Source: Bacteroidota bacterium (GTDB lineage Bacteria > Bacteroidota > Bacteroidia > Chitinophagales > Chitinophagaceae). From it: a DNA stretch of 64,000 nt. Location of the stretch: the NCBI GenBank assembly GCA_026391155.1, contig JAPLEP010000007.1, forward strand, positions 1,119 to 65,118, read 5' to 3'. The position numbers and the translations under genes are program-made. Below, in pieces: positions 51,868 to 63,271 of the stretch; position 1 is the first letter of the stretch, and each line of letters begins with the position of its first letter. Under the pieces are notes generated by a model. That model made no database searches. It saw only the letters and a program-made list of their open reading frames with translations, and was not told the DNA's origin.

Positions 51868-52959
51868 TTAATTCAATGCAGGCTTACTCATTAATTTAAG
51901 GTATTGAACATGTGCCTTAATGGCGCTAATCACCGTTGGATATTCAATGTACTTTAATTTAAAATCTGCACAGGTTTGTTTTACTATCTTAGAAATAGCT
52001 GGATAGTGCACATGTGAAATTTTAGGGAACAAATGATGCTCAATTTGGAAATTCAATCCCCCTACCAACCAACTTACTAATTTACTCTTAGTAGCAAAAT
52101 TAGCAGTGGTCTGAATTTGATGTACTGCAAATTCATCAGGCATTTTATTCTCAGGTTGAATGGCTAAAGGGAATTCGGTTTCAGTCACTGTATGCGCCAA
52201 TTGAAAAACAATGCTCAAAATAAATCCAGCAAAACAACCCACCACTAAAAACCCTACCAACCAGCTCACCCAGCCCAACATATAAATAGGTAATACTACA
52301 AAGATAAAAGCATGATATACTTTCACCGCCCAAAATTCAATGTGATCTGCGATACTCATGTCCTTGATGGCTACGGAGCCAATTTTACCTGAGAAATATT
52401 TTTTATAGTCTGCAAAAAATATCCAGAATATATACAATAACATATATAAGCCCCAGAAATAAATATGTTGAAAACGATGCAATAAATAATGTTTTTGTGT
52501 AGGTGCCATTCGCATTAGAACCCCCACTTCAATATCATCATCTACCCCGTCAATATTAGTAAAAGTATGGTGCAAGGTAACATGCTTCATGGCCCACATA
52601 AAACGACTGGCCCCTAAAACACTAATAGAGGATGAAGCTAATTTATTCAACCAAGCATACTTACTAAAACTTCCATGGCTGCCATCATGCATTACATTGA
52701 ACCCAATGGCTGCAATTAAACCTCCAAATAAAACGCATTCTATCACTGCAAAAAAAGTGGATGGGGTAAAAAATATCAAGTGAACATAAATCAACACAAA
52801 CAAGGTCATTAAAATAATGGCTTTTGAAAATAACTTGAAATTGCCCGTTGCTTTTATCGAATGTTCTGCCAAATATTTATTCACCCTATTTTTTAATTCG
52901 GTATGTAAGGATTGCTCCATTACTGGAAATTTCGGGGTAGCTGAAATTTGATTGCTCAT
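51868..52959 (-). CDS. Membrane fatty-acid (acyl-CoA) desaturase
   Basis: His boxes HDGSH, HVTLHH and QIEHHLFP. Start likely ATG 52959. Confidence 0.92.
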   Translation of the reverse strand: MSNQISATPKFPVMEQSLHTELKNRVNKYLAEHSIKATGNFKLFSKAIILMTLFVLIYVHLIFFTPSTFFAVIECVLFGGLIAAIGFNVMHDGSHGSFSKYAWLNKLASSSISVLGASRFMWAMKHVTLHHTFTNIDGVDDDIEVGVLMRMAPTQKHYLLHRFQHIYFWGLYMLLYIFWIFFADYKKYFSGKIGSVAIKDMSIADHIEFWAVKVYHAFIFVVLPIYMLGWVSWLVGFLVVGCFAGFILSIVFQLAHTVTETEFPLAIQPENKMPDEFAVHQIQTTANFATKSKLVSWLVGGLNFQIEHHLFPKISHVHYPAISKIVKQTCADFKLKYIEYPTVISAIKAHVQYLKLMSKPALN

Positions 52960-53163
52960 GTGCTTTTCGTTGTATAAGCAAAGTACGGACAAATAGCAAT
53001 AAGACTGAGCATAAATACCGATTATTTAGCTGAACGTTTAATAATTCTATTTATTATGCAAACATTTGTTAATTATATCCACAACCATAGGATAAGTATA
53101 ATGGGATTTTGCAAATATTTTGCGTTGATTTGAATAATATTTGAAAACAACCCAACGCTCAAA

Positions 53164-54033
53164 ATGCAAAAAGCAACAGAAATAAACGCTTTGTTTAAGT
53201 TAATTGACGACCCAGACGAAGAGATTTTTAATACCATTGCGGATAGATTGTTGGTTTATGGCTCTCCCATCATTCCAGACTTAGAACATTTATGGGAAAA
53301 TACATTAGACGAGGCTACTTTGGAAAGAATAGAGCTCATGATTTACAAACTTAGATTGCAAGATCTAAAAGAAGCTTTTACCAAATGGAATGCGGATCCT
53401 AATGCCTCCTTATTTGAAGGTGCATTGCTTGTCACACAGTTTCAATTTCCTGAACTAGCTATTGATACTTTGCGTCATCAAATGGAAAAAATTAGACGTA
53501 ATATATGGTTAGAATTGAACAATTATTTAACGCCTTTAGAGCAAGCCAATGTCATTCGAAATATTCTATACAATTATTATCAAATAAAAGGAGTAGAAGT
53601 AAATTACGAGAAGCCTGAAGAATTTTTAATTGCTGCCCCCTTGCAATCTAAAAAAGGAAATGCCATTGCCAATACTTTGCTCTATGCAGAACTTTGTCAT
53701 CAATTAGACATACAAGCCCACTTTATCAATATCCCCAAGCAATGCATCATTGCTTTTTATACTTCAGATTGGGATCCAGAAGAATTGGTGACTAACCCAC
53801 AAGAATTCATTCAATTTTATGTAGAAGGCACTACAGGTAATGCTTTTTCTCAAAAAGATTTAGACAATTATATGCAGCGGTCCAATATAGTGCCTAAGAA
53901 TAGTTATTATAAGCGGCTCACTAATGTTCAAATCATTAAAAAGCATTTGATGGAGTTTGCAAAATGCTTTCAAAGTCCCACCCTACTCTACAAACAAAAA
54001 GACCTAATAGAATTAGCCAATTTATTGAGTTAA
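53164..54033 (+). CDS. Transglutaminase-like/SirB1-family protein
   Basis: AL..LIDDPDEE, WLELNNYLTPLEQ and KKGN motifs. Confidence 0.7.
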   Translation: MQKATEINALFKLIDDPDEEIFNTIADRLLVYGSPIIPDLEHLWENTLDEATLERIELMIYKLRLQDLKEAFTKWNADPNASLFEGALLVTQFQFPELAIDTLRHQMEKIRRNIWLELNNYLTPLEQANVIRNILYNYYQIKGVEVNYEKPEEFLIAAPLQSKKGNAIANTLLYAELCHQLDIQAHFINIPKQCIIAFYTSDWDPEELVTNPQEFIQFYVEGTTGNAFSQKDLDNYMQRSNIVPKNSYYKRLTNVQIIKKHLMEFAKCFQSPTLLYKQKDLIELANLLS

Positions 54034-54064
54034 GCGATGTAATTTTAGGCAGAAACTATCAACT

Positions 54065-54394
54065 ATGCTCAACTGGGAAGATTTTACAAAAGTAGACATC
54101 AGGTGCGGTACCATTTTAACTGTGGAAGCTTTCCCAAAAGCTAAAAAACCTGCCTACCAATTAAGTATCGATTTTGGCCCCTTGGGTATCAAAAAATCAT
54201 CCGCTCAAATTACCCATCATTACTCCATGGAAAATTTAGTGGGCAAGCAAATCATCGCCGTAGTCAATTTTCCTCCTAAACAAATTGCCAATTTTATCAG
54301 TGAATGTTTAGTATTAGGGGTATATGATGATGCAAATGAAGTAGTCTTACTTCATCCTTCCTTACCAGTGACCAATGGACAACCTATCGGATAA
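54065..54394 (+). CDS. csaA: CsaA-like tRNA-binding/export chaperone (OB fold)
   Basis: DF.KVDIR.G, KKSSAQIT and VVNFPPKQIA.F.SECLVLG motifs. Confidence 0.88.
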   Translation: MLNWEDFTKVDIRCGTILTVEAFPKAKKPAYQLSIDFGPLGIKKSSAQITHHYSMENLVGKQIIAVVNFPPKQIANFISECLVLGVYDDANEVVLLHPSLPVTNGQPIG

Positions 54395-54894
54395 TGCCCA
54401 ATCAATACCTACAAATTTATCATAGCCCCATTGGTATTATAAAAATCGTTGCAGATGATTTTTGTATTGAAGAATTAATTTTTATCGAAGACGAGGCCAT
54501 AGATCAAATTGAAATTTCAGCTACCACCCCAGAGGTCATCAATCAATGCATTGACGAATTGATTGAATATTTTGCAGGTAAAAGAAAACATTTTAGTGTC
54601 GCCATTAATCAAGCGGGTACGGAATTTCAACAAAAAGTTTGGAAAGAATTGTATGAGGTACCCTTTTCTAAAACTTTAAGCTATGCAGAATTAGCAAAAA
54701 AAATGGGTGACCCTAATTTAGTGCGTGCTGCAGCCAATGCCAATGGGAAAAACAAAATTGCCATCATCGTACCCTGCCATAGAATTGTGGGATCGGACAG
54801 ATCCTTGGTAGGCTATGCCTGGGGCAAGGCCAGAAAAAAATGGTTATTACAACACGAATTTAGATTGGAGCTAGGCGTACAAACCTTGTTTTAA
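54394..54894 (+). CDS. ogt: Methylated-DNA--protein-cysteine methyltransferase
   Basis: SPIG, GTEFQQKVW and IVPCHRIVG active site. Confidence 0.94.
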   Translation: MPNQYLQIYHSPIGIIKIVADDFCIEELIFIEDEAIDQIEISATTPEVINQCIDELIEYFAGKRKHFSVAINQAGTEFQQKVWKELYEVPFSKTLSYAELAKKMGDPNLVRAAANANGKNKIAIIVPCHRIVGSDRSLVGYAWGKARKKWLLQHEFRLELGVQTLF

Positions 54895-54901
54895 TATTCC
54901 C

Positions 54902-55384
54902 TTATTTTAAAATAGAACCATCAAAGCCAAAGGGCAAAAGATAACTTGCCGAAGGAATGACCATGACCTGGCCTGATTTTCCTGCTAAAATAATTTTAAT
55001 CGGCGCTTGATAACGATTTTCATAATCCAACAAGGATTGCCTACACATCCCACATGGAGATATAGGTGCTGCCGATGGTTTATTTAATGGGTCATAACTA
55101 ATGGCCATAGATAATATAGTAGCTTCTGGATATTGGCTTCCTATACTATTCAATAAAGTTCTTTCGGCACAAATGCCCACTGGAAAACTGGCGCTTTCTT
55201 GATTAGATCCAAGCACTATTTGTCCGGTGGACAATAAGGCTGCTGCGCCCACTTTAAAATTGGAATAAGGAGCATAAGCAGTTTCTGTTGCCTTGATGGC
55301 TGCCTTTAATAAAGCTTGGTCTGCATTAGACAATAAACCAGCATGGTCTAAAAGTTCATAGTCAACCTCGTATTTTTTTTGCAT
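54902..55384 (-). CDS. cdd: Cytidine deaminase
   Basis: AYAPYSNFKVGAA, CAER and PCGMCRQ motifs. Confidence 0.94.
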   Translation of the reverse strand: MQKKYEVDYELLDHAGLLSNADQALLKAAIKATETAYAPYSNFKVGAAALLSTGQIVLGSNQESASFPVGICAERTLLNSIGSQYPEATILSMAISYDPLNKPSAAPISPCGMCRQSLLDYENRYQAPIKIILAGKSGQVMVIPSASYLLPFGFDGSILK

Positions 55385-55388
55385 TGAT

Positions 55389-56900
55389 TTATTTAATGCT
55401 ATTGAATAGTCGATTCCAACGAATAGATTTATTGTAACTAAACCAAATTAAAGCAGCTCTTCCAACAATATGCGTTTCTGGCACATAGCCCCAAAAACGA
55501 CTGTCCTGGCTTCTGTGTCGATTGTCTCCCATCATCCAATAATAATCCTGTTTTACTTTGTAAGTGCTAGCCACCAAACCATTTAAAACAAATTGACCAT
55601 TGACTTTATCTAAAGTATTGTGCTCATAATTGGTAATTAAACGGCGATACAATTCTATGGTGCTATCATTCAACTCCACGATGTCCCCTTTTTTAGGAAT
55701 ACGAATAGGGCCAAAATTATCTAGAGAAAAAGGGAAATGTTGCACATCATTGGGGAAAGTATAACCCACTGTATTGTCCACATAGGCTGTCACCGATACC
55801 ACTTGCGCTATTTTTTTTAAGCTTTCTGCAGCCCCTGCCGTCATATTAATTAAATAAGTATTGGCCTTGCCATCAATCAGTCTAAAATCGTTGGTGGCTT
55901 CGGTGGTACTAATACCAATACTGTCCTCTACATAATCTTCTGCAATTGGCTTACCATTGGTCACAACTAAATATTCTGTTTGAGCATTGGCAGTCACTAA
56001 AGCGGGCTGACCATTCACCCACAAACGACTTTCTTTTACCTGAATGAGATCCCCTGGAACTCCTACACATCGTTTAATGTAGTTATCTGTTTTGTCAATG
56101 GGATGAACCAATATAGGAAATTGTGCATTTAGTTTTTCTCTGTCTCCATTAAATTCAGGTGATCTTAAAACATCGTAATAAGGAATTTTACTGCCATACT
56201 CTGGATCGTTAATAATGGTATCTCCTGCAGGAAAATTAAATACCACTACATCATTGCGATTGATATTTCTAATTTTAGGCAGCCTGCTGTAATCTAATTG
56301 CACCCATTTTATATACGAAGGCGTGGTGGGTGCTCCAGGCATCGTATTGTGTACAAAAGGAAAAGAGATGGGTGTTTGTGGAACTCTAGCACCAAAAGTG
56401 ATTTTATCAACGAATAAAAAATCGTTCACCAATAAAGTTTTTTCCATACTCTCGGTAGGAATCACATAGGCTTCAAAAATAAAAGTTCTAATTAAAGTAG
56501 CAGCGACCACTGCAAAAACAGCTGCATCAATCCATTCTCTAGAAGCAGGCTTATGGTAATGGACTAAGGCAGTTTCCCCATGCCATTTTTCTTTTGCTGA
56601 AAATCCCAAATAAGGCAAATATATAAAAGGAAAAAAAACAGTTAATGTATGTTGCACCAGATTCACCTTTTTGAAATGCATCACAAAAATGATGGAGATC
56701 CACAAGCTTACAAACTGACCTAAAATAGGAATTAATTGTATCCAAAACCAAATTTTTGGAATATTGCAAAGCTTTACAACTTCCCAAGTATTGTAAATTG
56801 GGATGATGGCTTTCGAATGGGCTACCCCTGCTTTTTTAAGCATACTGTAAATACCAATGTACCATCCTACCCAAAAAATAATCAAACAAATGAATCCCAT
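55389..56900 (-). CDS. lepB: Signal peptidase I with N-terminal membrane extension
   Basis: IPTESMEKTLLVNDFL, YIKRCVG.PGD and MGDNRHRSQDSRFWG motifs. Confidence 0.95.
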   Translation of the reverse strand: MGFICLIIFWVGWYIGIYSMLKKAGVAHSKAIIPIYNTWEVVKLCNIPKIWFWIQLIPILGQFVSLWISIIFVMHFKKVNLVQHTLTVFFPFIYLPYLGFSAKEKWHGETALVHYHKPASREWIDAAVFAVVAATLIRTFIFEAYVIPTESMEKTLLVNDFLFVDKITFGARVPQTPISFPFVHNTMPGAPTTPSYIKWVQLDYSRLPKIRNINRNDVVVFNFPAGDTIINDPEYGSKIPYYDVLRSPEFNGDREKLNAQFPILVHPIDKTDNYIKRCVGVPGDLIQVKESRLWVNGQPALVTANAQTEYLVVTNGKPIAEDYVEDSIGISTTEATNDFRLIDGKANTYLINMTAGAAESLKKIAQVVSVTAYVDNTVGYTFPNDVQHFPFSLDNFGPIRIPKKGDIVELNDSTIELYRRLITNYEHNTLDKVNGQFVLNGLVASTYKVKQDYYWMMGDNRHRSQDSRFWGYVPETHIVGRAALIWFSYNKSIRWNRLFNSIK

Positions 56901-56923
56901 AAATAGTAGTTATTATTGATAAC

Positions 56924-56950
56924 AAAAATATCCCTTTGTGAGGGATATTT
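56924..56950 (-). terminator. Intrinsic terminator after pdhB, overlapping the lepB -7 element
   Basis: Minus strand AAATATCCCT-CACAA-AGGGATATTTTTG. Confidence 0.6.
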
Positions 56951-57014
56951 ATAAAAAGAGTATGAATTATATTGTTAAACTGTACAAAAGGCTAAAATAA
57001 AGGATTACTGTCCC

Positions 57015-58001
57015 TTATTTGTATTGATGTAGTACCTCTTTGACTAATTTTACCGATCTAATGATGTCTGGAATGGCCAAAGCAGTTAAATTAGGCGCAT
57101 AATGCATAGGCGCATCGGCACTGGTAATTCTTCTTATAGGGGCATCTAAATAATCAAAGCCCTCTTTTTGAATGCGGTAGCTTAATTCAGAAGAAACGGA
57201 AGCAAAAGGCCATTGTTCTTCAATGATGACCAATCTATTTGTTTTTTTAACGCTTTCTAAAACGGTCATCCAATCCAAAGGACGAATGGTTCTTAAATCA
57301 ATTACTTCTGCGCTAATCCCTTCTTTTTCTAATTCTGCAGCAGCACCTAAGGCCACTTTCATCATCTTACTGTATGAAACAATAGTTACATCGCGGCCCG
57401 GCTTTTTCACCGCAGCTAGTCCTAGAGGGATATAATATTCTTCGTCAGGTACGTCCGCTTTTTCGCCATAACTTACTTCACTTTCCAAAAACATAATGGG
57501 ATCTTCTTCATACCTGATGGCTTGTTTTAATAAACCTTTTGCATCATAAGCATCAGCCGTAGAGACCACTTTGATACCAGGGATATTGGCTAAATAACTT
57601 TCAAATGCGGTAGAATGTTGTGCGCCTAATTGCCCTGCACTTCCATTGGGGCCTCTCATCACTATGGGGCAACCAATTTGACCGCCACTCATAGCCAACA
57701 TTTTGCTCGCTGTATTTAAGATTTGATCTAAAGGAAGTACGGCAAAGTTCCAGGTCATGAACTCTACGATCGGTCTAAGCCCATTTTGAGCAGCCCCTAC
57801 CGCTACTGCGGTAAAACCTAATTCTGAAATGGGGGTATCGATAATGCGTTTAGGCCCAAATTCGGCCAACATACCTTGGCTTACTTTGTAAGCGCCATTG
57901 TATTCGGCTACTTCTTCTCCCATCAGCAAGACGCGTTCATCTCTTCTCATTTCCTCACTCATTGCTTCGCGTATGGCTTCTCTTAAGGCTATTGATCGCA
58001 T
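57015..58001 (-). CDS. pdhB: Pyruvate dehydrogenase E1 beta subunit
   Basis: GEEVAEYNGAYKVS, DTPISE, EFMTWNF, GAQHS and IDLRTIRPLD motifs. Confidence 0.95.
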   Translation of the reverse strand: MRSIALREAIREAMSEEMRRDERVLLMGEEVAEYNGAYKVSQGMLAEFGPKRIIDTPISELGFTAVAVGAAQNGLRPIVEFMTWNFAVLPLDQILNTASKMLAMSGGQIGCPIVMRGPNGSAGQLGAQHSTAFESYLANIPGIKVVSTADAYDAKGLLKQAIRYEEDPIMFLESEVSYGEKADVPDEEYYIPLGLAAVKKPGRDVTIVSYSKMMKVALGAAAELEKEGISAEVIDLRTIRPLDWMTVLESVKKTNRLVIIEEQWPFASVSSELSYRIQKEGFDYLDAPIRRITSADAPMHYAPNLTALAIPDIIRSVKLVKEVLHQYK

Positions 58002-58067
58002 GAATCTAATTTTAATTTGAGATGCAAAAATAGAGTTTTATACAAGAAAAAAGTAATTCTAAGGCAT

Positions 58068-58105
58068 AAAAAAATCCCCTCCGCCCAAGCTGGGAGGAAG
58101 GGATT
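58068..58105 (-). terminator. Intrinsic terminator after the TonB-dependent receptor gene
   Basis: Minus strand AATCCCTTCC-T-CCCA-GCT-TGGG-C-GGAGGGGATT followed by a T-tract. Confidence 0.75.
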
Positions 58106-58129
58106 CTAGGACTAACCCATCCTAAAAGA

Positions 58130-61072
58130 CTAGAATATGTTATAAGCAAAGCTTACATAGTACAATCCACCGATTTTTGGACTACCATAAGCTGTGTAAT
58201 AATACTTATTCATAATATTGGTACCACCAACTTTGATCAAAGATTTAACGCTAGGTACTTTATAAGTTAAAACAGCATCAATCGTGTTGAAAGAAGCTAC
58301 TTTACCTACTGCAAAACTACCTTCATAAGTCATCTCGTCTTGATAATGCACTGATGCACTAAAGCCCAATCTGTTTTTCAACAAGAAACCTGTATTGGTT
58401 AAACCAAAATTAGCTCTCCATAATGGTGTGTTGAAATAAGCAATAAAGCCAGTAGGCAAGTTGCCAATTTCGTCTGTATAAATGCTACCGTTGAAAGTAA
58501 AATTGTTAGGCATCATGTAATCTGCAGAAACACCCCATCCTGAAGAAGATACTTTAGTGGCAGCATTGGTTGAAATGCTATAGGCAATACGCTTATCTGC
58601 ACTTAATACATCATAAATACTTGCACCAGTTCTTGATTGCAATACATTGATACCACCAATAAAGTTGGTATAATCACCTGTATAAGCATAAAAATCAATT
58701 AATAATTTTTTTGCAATTAAAGTTTTGTACCCAATTTCAAAAGACTTCAATGATTCTGGTTTGAAATCACCAAATACTTTTTGTTTCAACAAAGTAGCGT
58801 TAGGCGCACCTCCAGCTACTGAAGCACCAAAAGCAGTTACACTTGGGATAGTATAAGCAGGATTTGAACCAAAATTATAAAAATCTCTCAAGCTCTTTAA
58901 ACCACCCATTAAACGAGTACCACCACCTACTAACAAGTTAATGTATTGGTTTTGTGTGGTTGGGAAACGATAAGCTGTTTGGTAAGAAAGACGTAAGTTA
59001 TTGTCTTCTGCAATTTTAATTACAGCAGTGAATCTTGGTGTAAATTGACCTTTGAAGTTTTGATTTTTATCATAACGTCCAGAAAAAGACAATTTAAGAC
59101 CATCGCCAAAGAATTTCTTAGACAATTGAGTATAGGCACCTGTTTCATTGATGGCAATATTACCTGCTGTATCAGCAAATAAAGTTCCTTGAGAATTCAA
59201 TGTATAAGTTCTTGCACTTCCTCCAATTAATAAATCCATATCGTATTTGTCAAAACCTAATTTTTCTGTCAAATTCAATTGACCTTCTACTACAGCCAAT
59301 GATGATTTATCTAAAAATTTAGCACCCCCCTTAGAAATTGGTGTACCAGTGATTGCATTATATGCAGCACTTGAACCAATATTACCATTGCCTTGACCTT
59401 CAGGTCTTCCTTGATCTGCAAAGGCTCTCGCTGTTGCATTGGCTTGCGCTGTACTGGCTCCTTGTGCTAAGGCGGTAGTTAAAGCAGAAAAGTATTGAGG
59501 ATACCAAGAGGCAGCTGTTGTAGTTGCATTGGTAGGATCATAACTTTTTTTCCAAGATTCATTAAATATACGAGTGGCGATAGTGGCATTGTAAGAATCA
59601 CCCGCATCTTCTAAAGTTTCATAAGCTCTTAAATACCAGTTTTTAGATTTCAATTCAAATTTGAATTGACTCATTTGTAAATTTTTCAAAGAATAACGGT
59701 CACTACCAGTATACACGGTATTTCCAGTACCTGTATACATACTGAAAGAGGCCTCTGTTCTATCATTTACTTTATAATGAATTGATCCAGTAATTTTATT
59801 ATTTCTTGTAGTTGGATCAATTACATCTGCTTCATTGTATCCTGTTCTACTTACATTGCCATAATATCCTTTTTTATCCGCATAAAGAATAGGTGCATAA
59901 GGTTGCAATGCAGCAAATTTTGGTCCAGTGGCCGCTGCTAAAAAACCAGCGTAACCAGCATAAGTACTATACCCTGCTGCTGCGCCATACAAGGCATTGA
60001 AAGTAGCTGCACCTAATAAACCAGAAACTCCTGCTTTATAAGAGGCACTGAAATTTCTTAAGTCTACTGTAGTTTCATCGCCATATACGTTAATACCATC
60101 GTAGTTAGGGTCTGTACCTCTTGTTCCAGAAATTGTCTCCCCTAAAGAAGTTCCGGTGCTACGAGAATAGTTGCTTGTATTTTGAGCCAACCAATCTTGC
60201 GCTTCCATTGATTCTGCTGAAATTTTATAAGCAAAACGATCGCCTATTTTACTAGCCCATCTTACTGTATAGTCACTGTATCCAGATTTTGGACGCTCGT
60301 AACCATCAATATGGTTCATCCCTTGCTTGATTTGAAAACTCAAACCTTGATATTTGAAAGGGCTTTTACTATTGATTAAAACAGTACCATTCATACCCCC
60401 TGCACCATATAAAGCAGAAGAAGCTCCTGGCAATAATTCGATATTATCTACATCTAATTCGGTCAATCCAACAATACTACCCACAGAGAAATTCAATCCT
60501 GGGGCTTGGTTGTCCATACCATCAATTAATTGGTTCATACGTGTGTTACCACTACCGTTAAAACCTCTTGTACTAACACTTTTGAAAGTCAAACTTGCAG
60601 CTACAACGTCCACCCCTTTTAAATTACCAATGATATCATAGTAATTAGAAGCAGGTGCAGATTTGATAGTAGCATTGCTAATACGCTCAATAGTTACTGG
60701 AGATTCTAAAATTCTCTCTGCAACTCTTGAGGCAGCTACTACCACTTCAGAACCTAAGGTATAAGAAGGTTTAAGTGTAACATTTACTTTATTTGTAGCA
60801 TCTACTATCACTTCTTTGGATTCAAAACCAACAGAAGAAAACACCAAGGTATAAGGTGCTTTTTGAGATACTGAAATTTTAAAATTACCTCTGTCGTCAG
60901 TGTAAGTACCTTGGTTAGATCCTTTTAAAGTAACTGAAACTGCAGGTACAGATTCTGAAGAACTTGAATTTTTAACCGTACCTGAAATGGTACTTGCATT
61001 TTGAGCTTTTGCACTCATAACCAAGATGGTAGATAAGCATAGAACAGCAAAATGTCTTAAAAATTTTTTCAT
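58130..61072 (-). CDS. TonB-dependent outer-membrane receptor
   Basis: Signal peptide, CarboxypepD_reg-like N-domain, plug (EVVVAASR, IELLPGASSALYG) and C-terminal aromatic beta-signal YYVSFAYNIF. Confidence 0.93.
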   Translation of the reverse strand: MKKFLRHFAVLCLSTILVMSAKAQNASTISGTVKNSSSSESVPAVSVTLKGSNQGTYTDDRGNFKISVSQKAPYTLVFSSVGFESKEVIVDATNKVNVTLKPSYTLGSEVVVAASRVAERILESPVTIERISNATIKSAPASNYYDIIGNLKGVDVVAASLTFKSVSTRGFNGSGNTRMNQLIDGMDNQAPGLNFSVGSIVGLTELDVDNIELLPGASSALYGAGGMNGTVLINSKSPFKYQGLSFQIKQGMNHIDGYERPKSGYSDYTVRWASKIGDRFAYKISAESMEAQDWLAQNTSNYSRSTGTSLGETISGTRGTDPNYDGINVYGDETTVDLRNFSASYKAGVSGLLGAATFNALYGAAAGYSTYAGYAGFLAAATGPKFAALQPYAPILYADKKGYYGNVSRTGYNEADVIDPTTRNNKITGSIHYKVNDRTEASFSMYTGTGNTVYTGSDRYSLKNLQMSQFKFELKSKNWYLRAYETLEDAGDSYNATIATRIFNESWKKSYDPTNATTTAASWYPQYFSALTTALAQGASTAQANATARAFADQGRPEGQGNGNIGSSAAYNAITGTPISKGGAKFLDKSSLAVVEGQLNLTEKLGFDKYDMDLLIGGSARTYTLNSQGTLFADTAGNIAINETGAYTQLSKKFFGDGLKLSFSGRYDKNQNFKGQFTPRFTAVIKIAEDNNLRLSYQTAYRFPTTQNQYINLLVGGGTRLMGGLKSLRDFYNFGSNPAYTIPSVTAFGASVAGGAPNATLLKQKVFGDFKPESLKSFEIGYKTLIAKKLLIDFYAYTGDYTNFIGGINVLQSRTGASIYDVLSADKRIAYSISTNAATKVSSSGWGVSADYMMPNNFTFNGSIYTDEIGNLPTGFIAYFNTPLWRANFGLTNTGFLLKNRLGFSASVHYQDEMTYEGSFAVGKVASFNTIDAVLTYKVPSVKSLIKVGGTNIMNKYYYTAYGSPKIGGLYYVSFAYNIF

Positions 61073-61172
61073 AAATTATTGTTTTTAAGTTGAATTGTTG
61101 GTACAAATTAACATATTGTAAGCATTTAAGAAAAAATTATCATTTGTATCTTTAAAAATATAATTTTACAGT

Positions 61173-62099
61173 ATGAAAATGACCCCATTTCCCCATCAAA
61201 TTGGTGAGTATCATGGCAAGGTAAGAGATGTCTATTATCTTGATAATGAACTACTTATAATGATTGCAAGTGACAGAATCTCTGCTTTTGACGTAATTTT
61301 ACCAGCACCCATCCCTTTTAAGGGTCAGGTGCTAAATCAGATCGCTGCCTATATGTTGAAGGCCACCAGGGATATTTGCCCCAATTGGCTGCTAGACACC
61401 CCTGCCCCTCATGTGGCCATTGGTAAAAAATGTGTGCCTTTCAAGATAGAGATGGTGGTTCGAGGCAATTTAGTGGGTCATGCTTGGAGAACTTATAGTG
61501 CTGGAGGTAGAAAATTATGTGGCGTAAGCTTACCAGAAGGCATGGCAGAAAATGATTTTTTTCCAAATCCTATTATTACCCCTTCTACTAAAGCCAGTGA
61601 AGGTCATGATGAGGATATCTCAAAAGAAGAAATAATTGCTCAAGGATTGGCTTCTGCAACTGACTGGGCAGTACTGGAAAAATATGCGTTGGCTTTATTT
61701 CAGAGAGGAAAAGAAATTGCCGCTAAGCAAGGTTTGATTTTAGTAGATACTAAATATGAATTTGGAAAGATTGGAGACACTATTTATCTAATGGACGAAA
61801 TACATACCCCCGATTCCTCTCGTTATTTTTATGCCGATGGATTTGAAGAAAGACAATCCAAAAAAGAAAAGCAAAAACAATTAAGTAAAGAGTTTGTACG
61901 CGAGTGGTTGATTGCCAATAATTTCATGGGCAAGGAAGGCCAAACGGTGCCTGCCATGTCCGCCGAATGGATTGATACTATTTCTAAAAGATATATTGAG
62001 CTTTACGAACAAGTGATTGGTGAAAAATTTATGCCGCAGCAATTATCTGAAGAAGAAACTTATAAAGTTGTATGCGCTTCGCTTGAAAAGCTTAGTTAG
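61173..62099 (+). CDS. purC: SAICAR synthetase
   Basis: [29 protein letters not shown] and [10 protein letters not shown] motifs. Confidence 0.97.
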   Translation: MKMTPFPHQIGEYHGKVRDVYYLDNELLIMIASDRISAFDVILPAPIPFKGQVLNQIAAYMLKATRDICPNWLLDTPAPHVAIGKKCVPFKIEMVVRGNLVGHAWRTYSAGGRKLCGVSLPEGMAENDFFPNPIITPSTKASEGHDEDISKEEIIAQGLASATDWAVLEKYALALFQRGKEIAAKQGLILVDTKYEFGKIGDTIYLMDEIHTPDSSRYFYADGFEERQSKKEKQKQLSKEFVREWLIANNFMGKEGQTVPAMSAEWIDTISKRYIELYEQVIGEKFMPQQLSEEETYKVVCASLEKLS

Positions 62100-62111
62100 T
62101 TATTGCTGATT

Positions 62112-63152
62112 TTAGATATCAATCCCTAACCTAGGCCTTAAGCGTTGCTTGCTTTTGTTAAAAATTTGCTGGCCTTTATCAATGCCTTTTCGAAGTTCAA
62201 TTTGTTTTTCTAGGGGTAGATGAACTATATCGGTACAAGCCTGCGTGCAACAGCCCGCATAGGTTTCAGCGCAGCTAGGACATTGAATAAATAATAAATG
62301 ACAACCATCGTTTTTGCAATTGGTATGTGTATCGCATGGCGCTCCACACTGATGGCATTTTGAAATAATATCTTCTGTTATTTTTTCTCCCAATCTATCA
62401 TCAAAAACAAAATTCTTTCCTTTGAATTTACTTTCTAAGCCAGCTTCTTTGATTTTATTGGCATAGTTGATAACGCCTCCTTCTAAATGAAATACATTTT
62501 TAAAACCCTCATGCAACATATAGGCACTTGCTTTTTCACAACGAATACCTCCCGTGCAATACATAATGATATTTTTTTCTTTATTCTCCTTCATCATCTC
62601 CGCGGCCATGGGCAATTGTTCTCTAAAAGTATCAGAAGGAATTTCAATCGCATTTACAAAATGTCCTACTTCATATTCATAATGATTGCGCATATCAATC
62701 ACAATCGTGTCTTCTTTTTCTAACAAAGCATTCATCTGCTCGGCATTCACATAGTTGCCTTTGTTCTCCATACTAAATGCTGGATCTTCAATGCCATCTG
62801 CCACAATTTTTTCACGTGTTTTAATTCTGAGTACCCAAAAGCTTTTGCCATTGTCATTCACTGCAATATTTAACCTTACTCCTTCTAAACCTTTAATGGA
62901 ATACAAATAGAATCTAAAATCTTCCAACAAATGGGATGGTACACTTATTTGTGCATTGATGCCCTCTTTGGCAATATAAATACGGCCAAACACTTGCATG
63001 GCATTGAACGCTTTATATAAATCATCTCTAAAATACAAGGGATCTTGAATATTAAAGTATTGATAAAAACTGATAGTGGTACGAGGAAAATTTTCCTGGT
63101 ATAATTTTTCTTTCAACTCCTTATTGGAGACACGATTGTGTAGCACTGACAT
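62112..63152 (-). CDS. trhO: Rhodanese-related tRNA uridine(34) hydroxylase (YceA/TrhO family)
   Basis: [32 protein letters not shown] and GKNFVFDDR motifs. Confidence 0.92.
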   Translation of the reverse strand: MSVLHNRVSNKELKEKLYQENFPRTTISFYQYFNIQDPLYFRDDLYKAFNAMQVFGRIYIAKEGINAQISVPSHLLEDFRFYLYSIKGLEGVRLNIAVNDNGKSFWVLRIKTREKIVADGIEDPAFSMENKGNYVNAEQMNALLEKEDTIVIDMRNHYEYEVGHFVNAIEIPSDTFREQLPMAAEMMKENKEKNIIMYCTGGIRCEKASAYMLHEGFKNVFHLEGGVINYANKIKEAGLESKFKGKNFVFDDRLGEKITEDIISKCHQCGAPCDTHTNCKNDGCHLLFIQCPSCAETYAGCCTQACTDIVHLPLEKQIELRKGIDKGQQIFNKSKQRLRPRLGIDI

Positions 63153-63271
63153 AGACTAAATTTTTATCCCAATTACAGGTTGGGGAAATTCTATGTAAAG
63201 ATAAAAAAGAATCTACAATTATTAGGCAAAAAGCCTACTGATAAAAATCATGCAGCTATTTTCAAAACAAA

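Noticed and set aside
53074-53082. DnaA-box-like ATATCCACA as a sign of oriC
   Set aside because: Single imperfect box with no cluster or DUE; similar isolated near-matches occur elsewhere.
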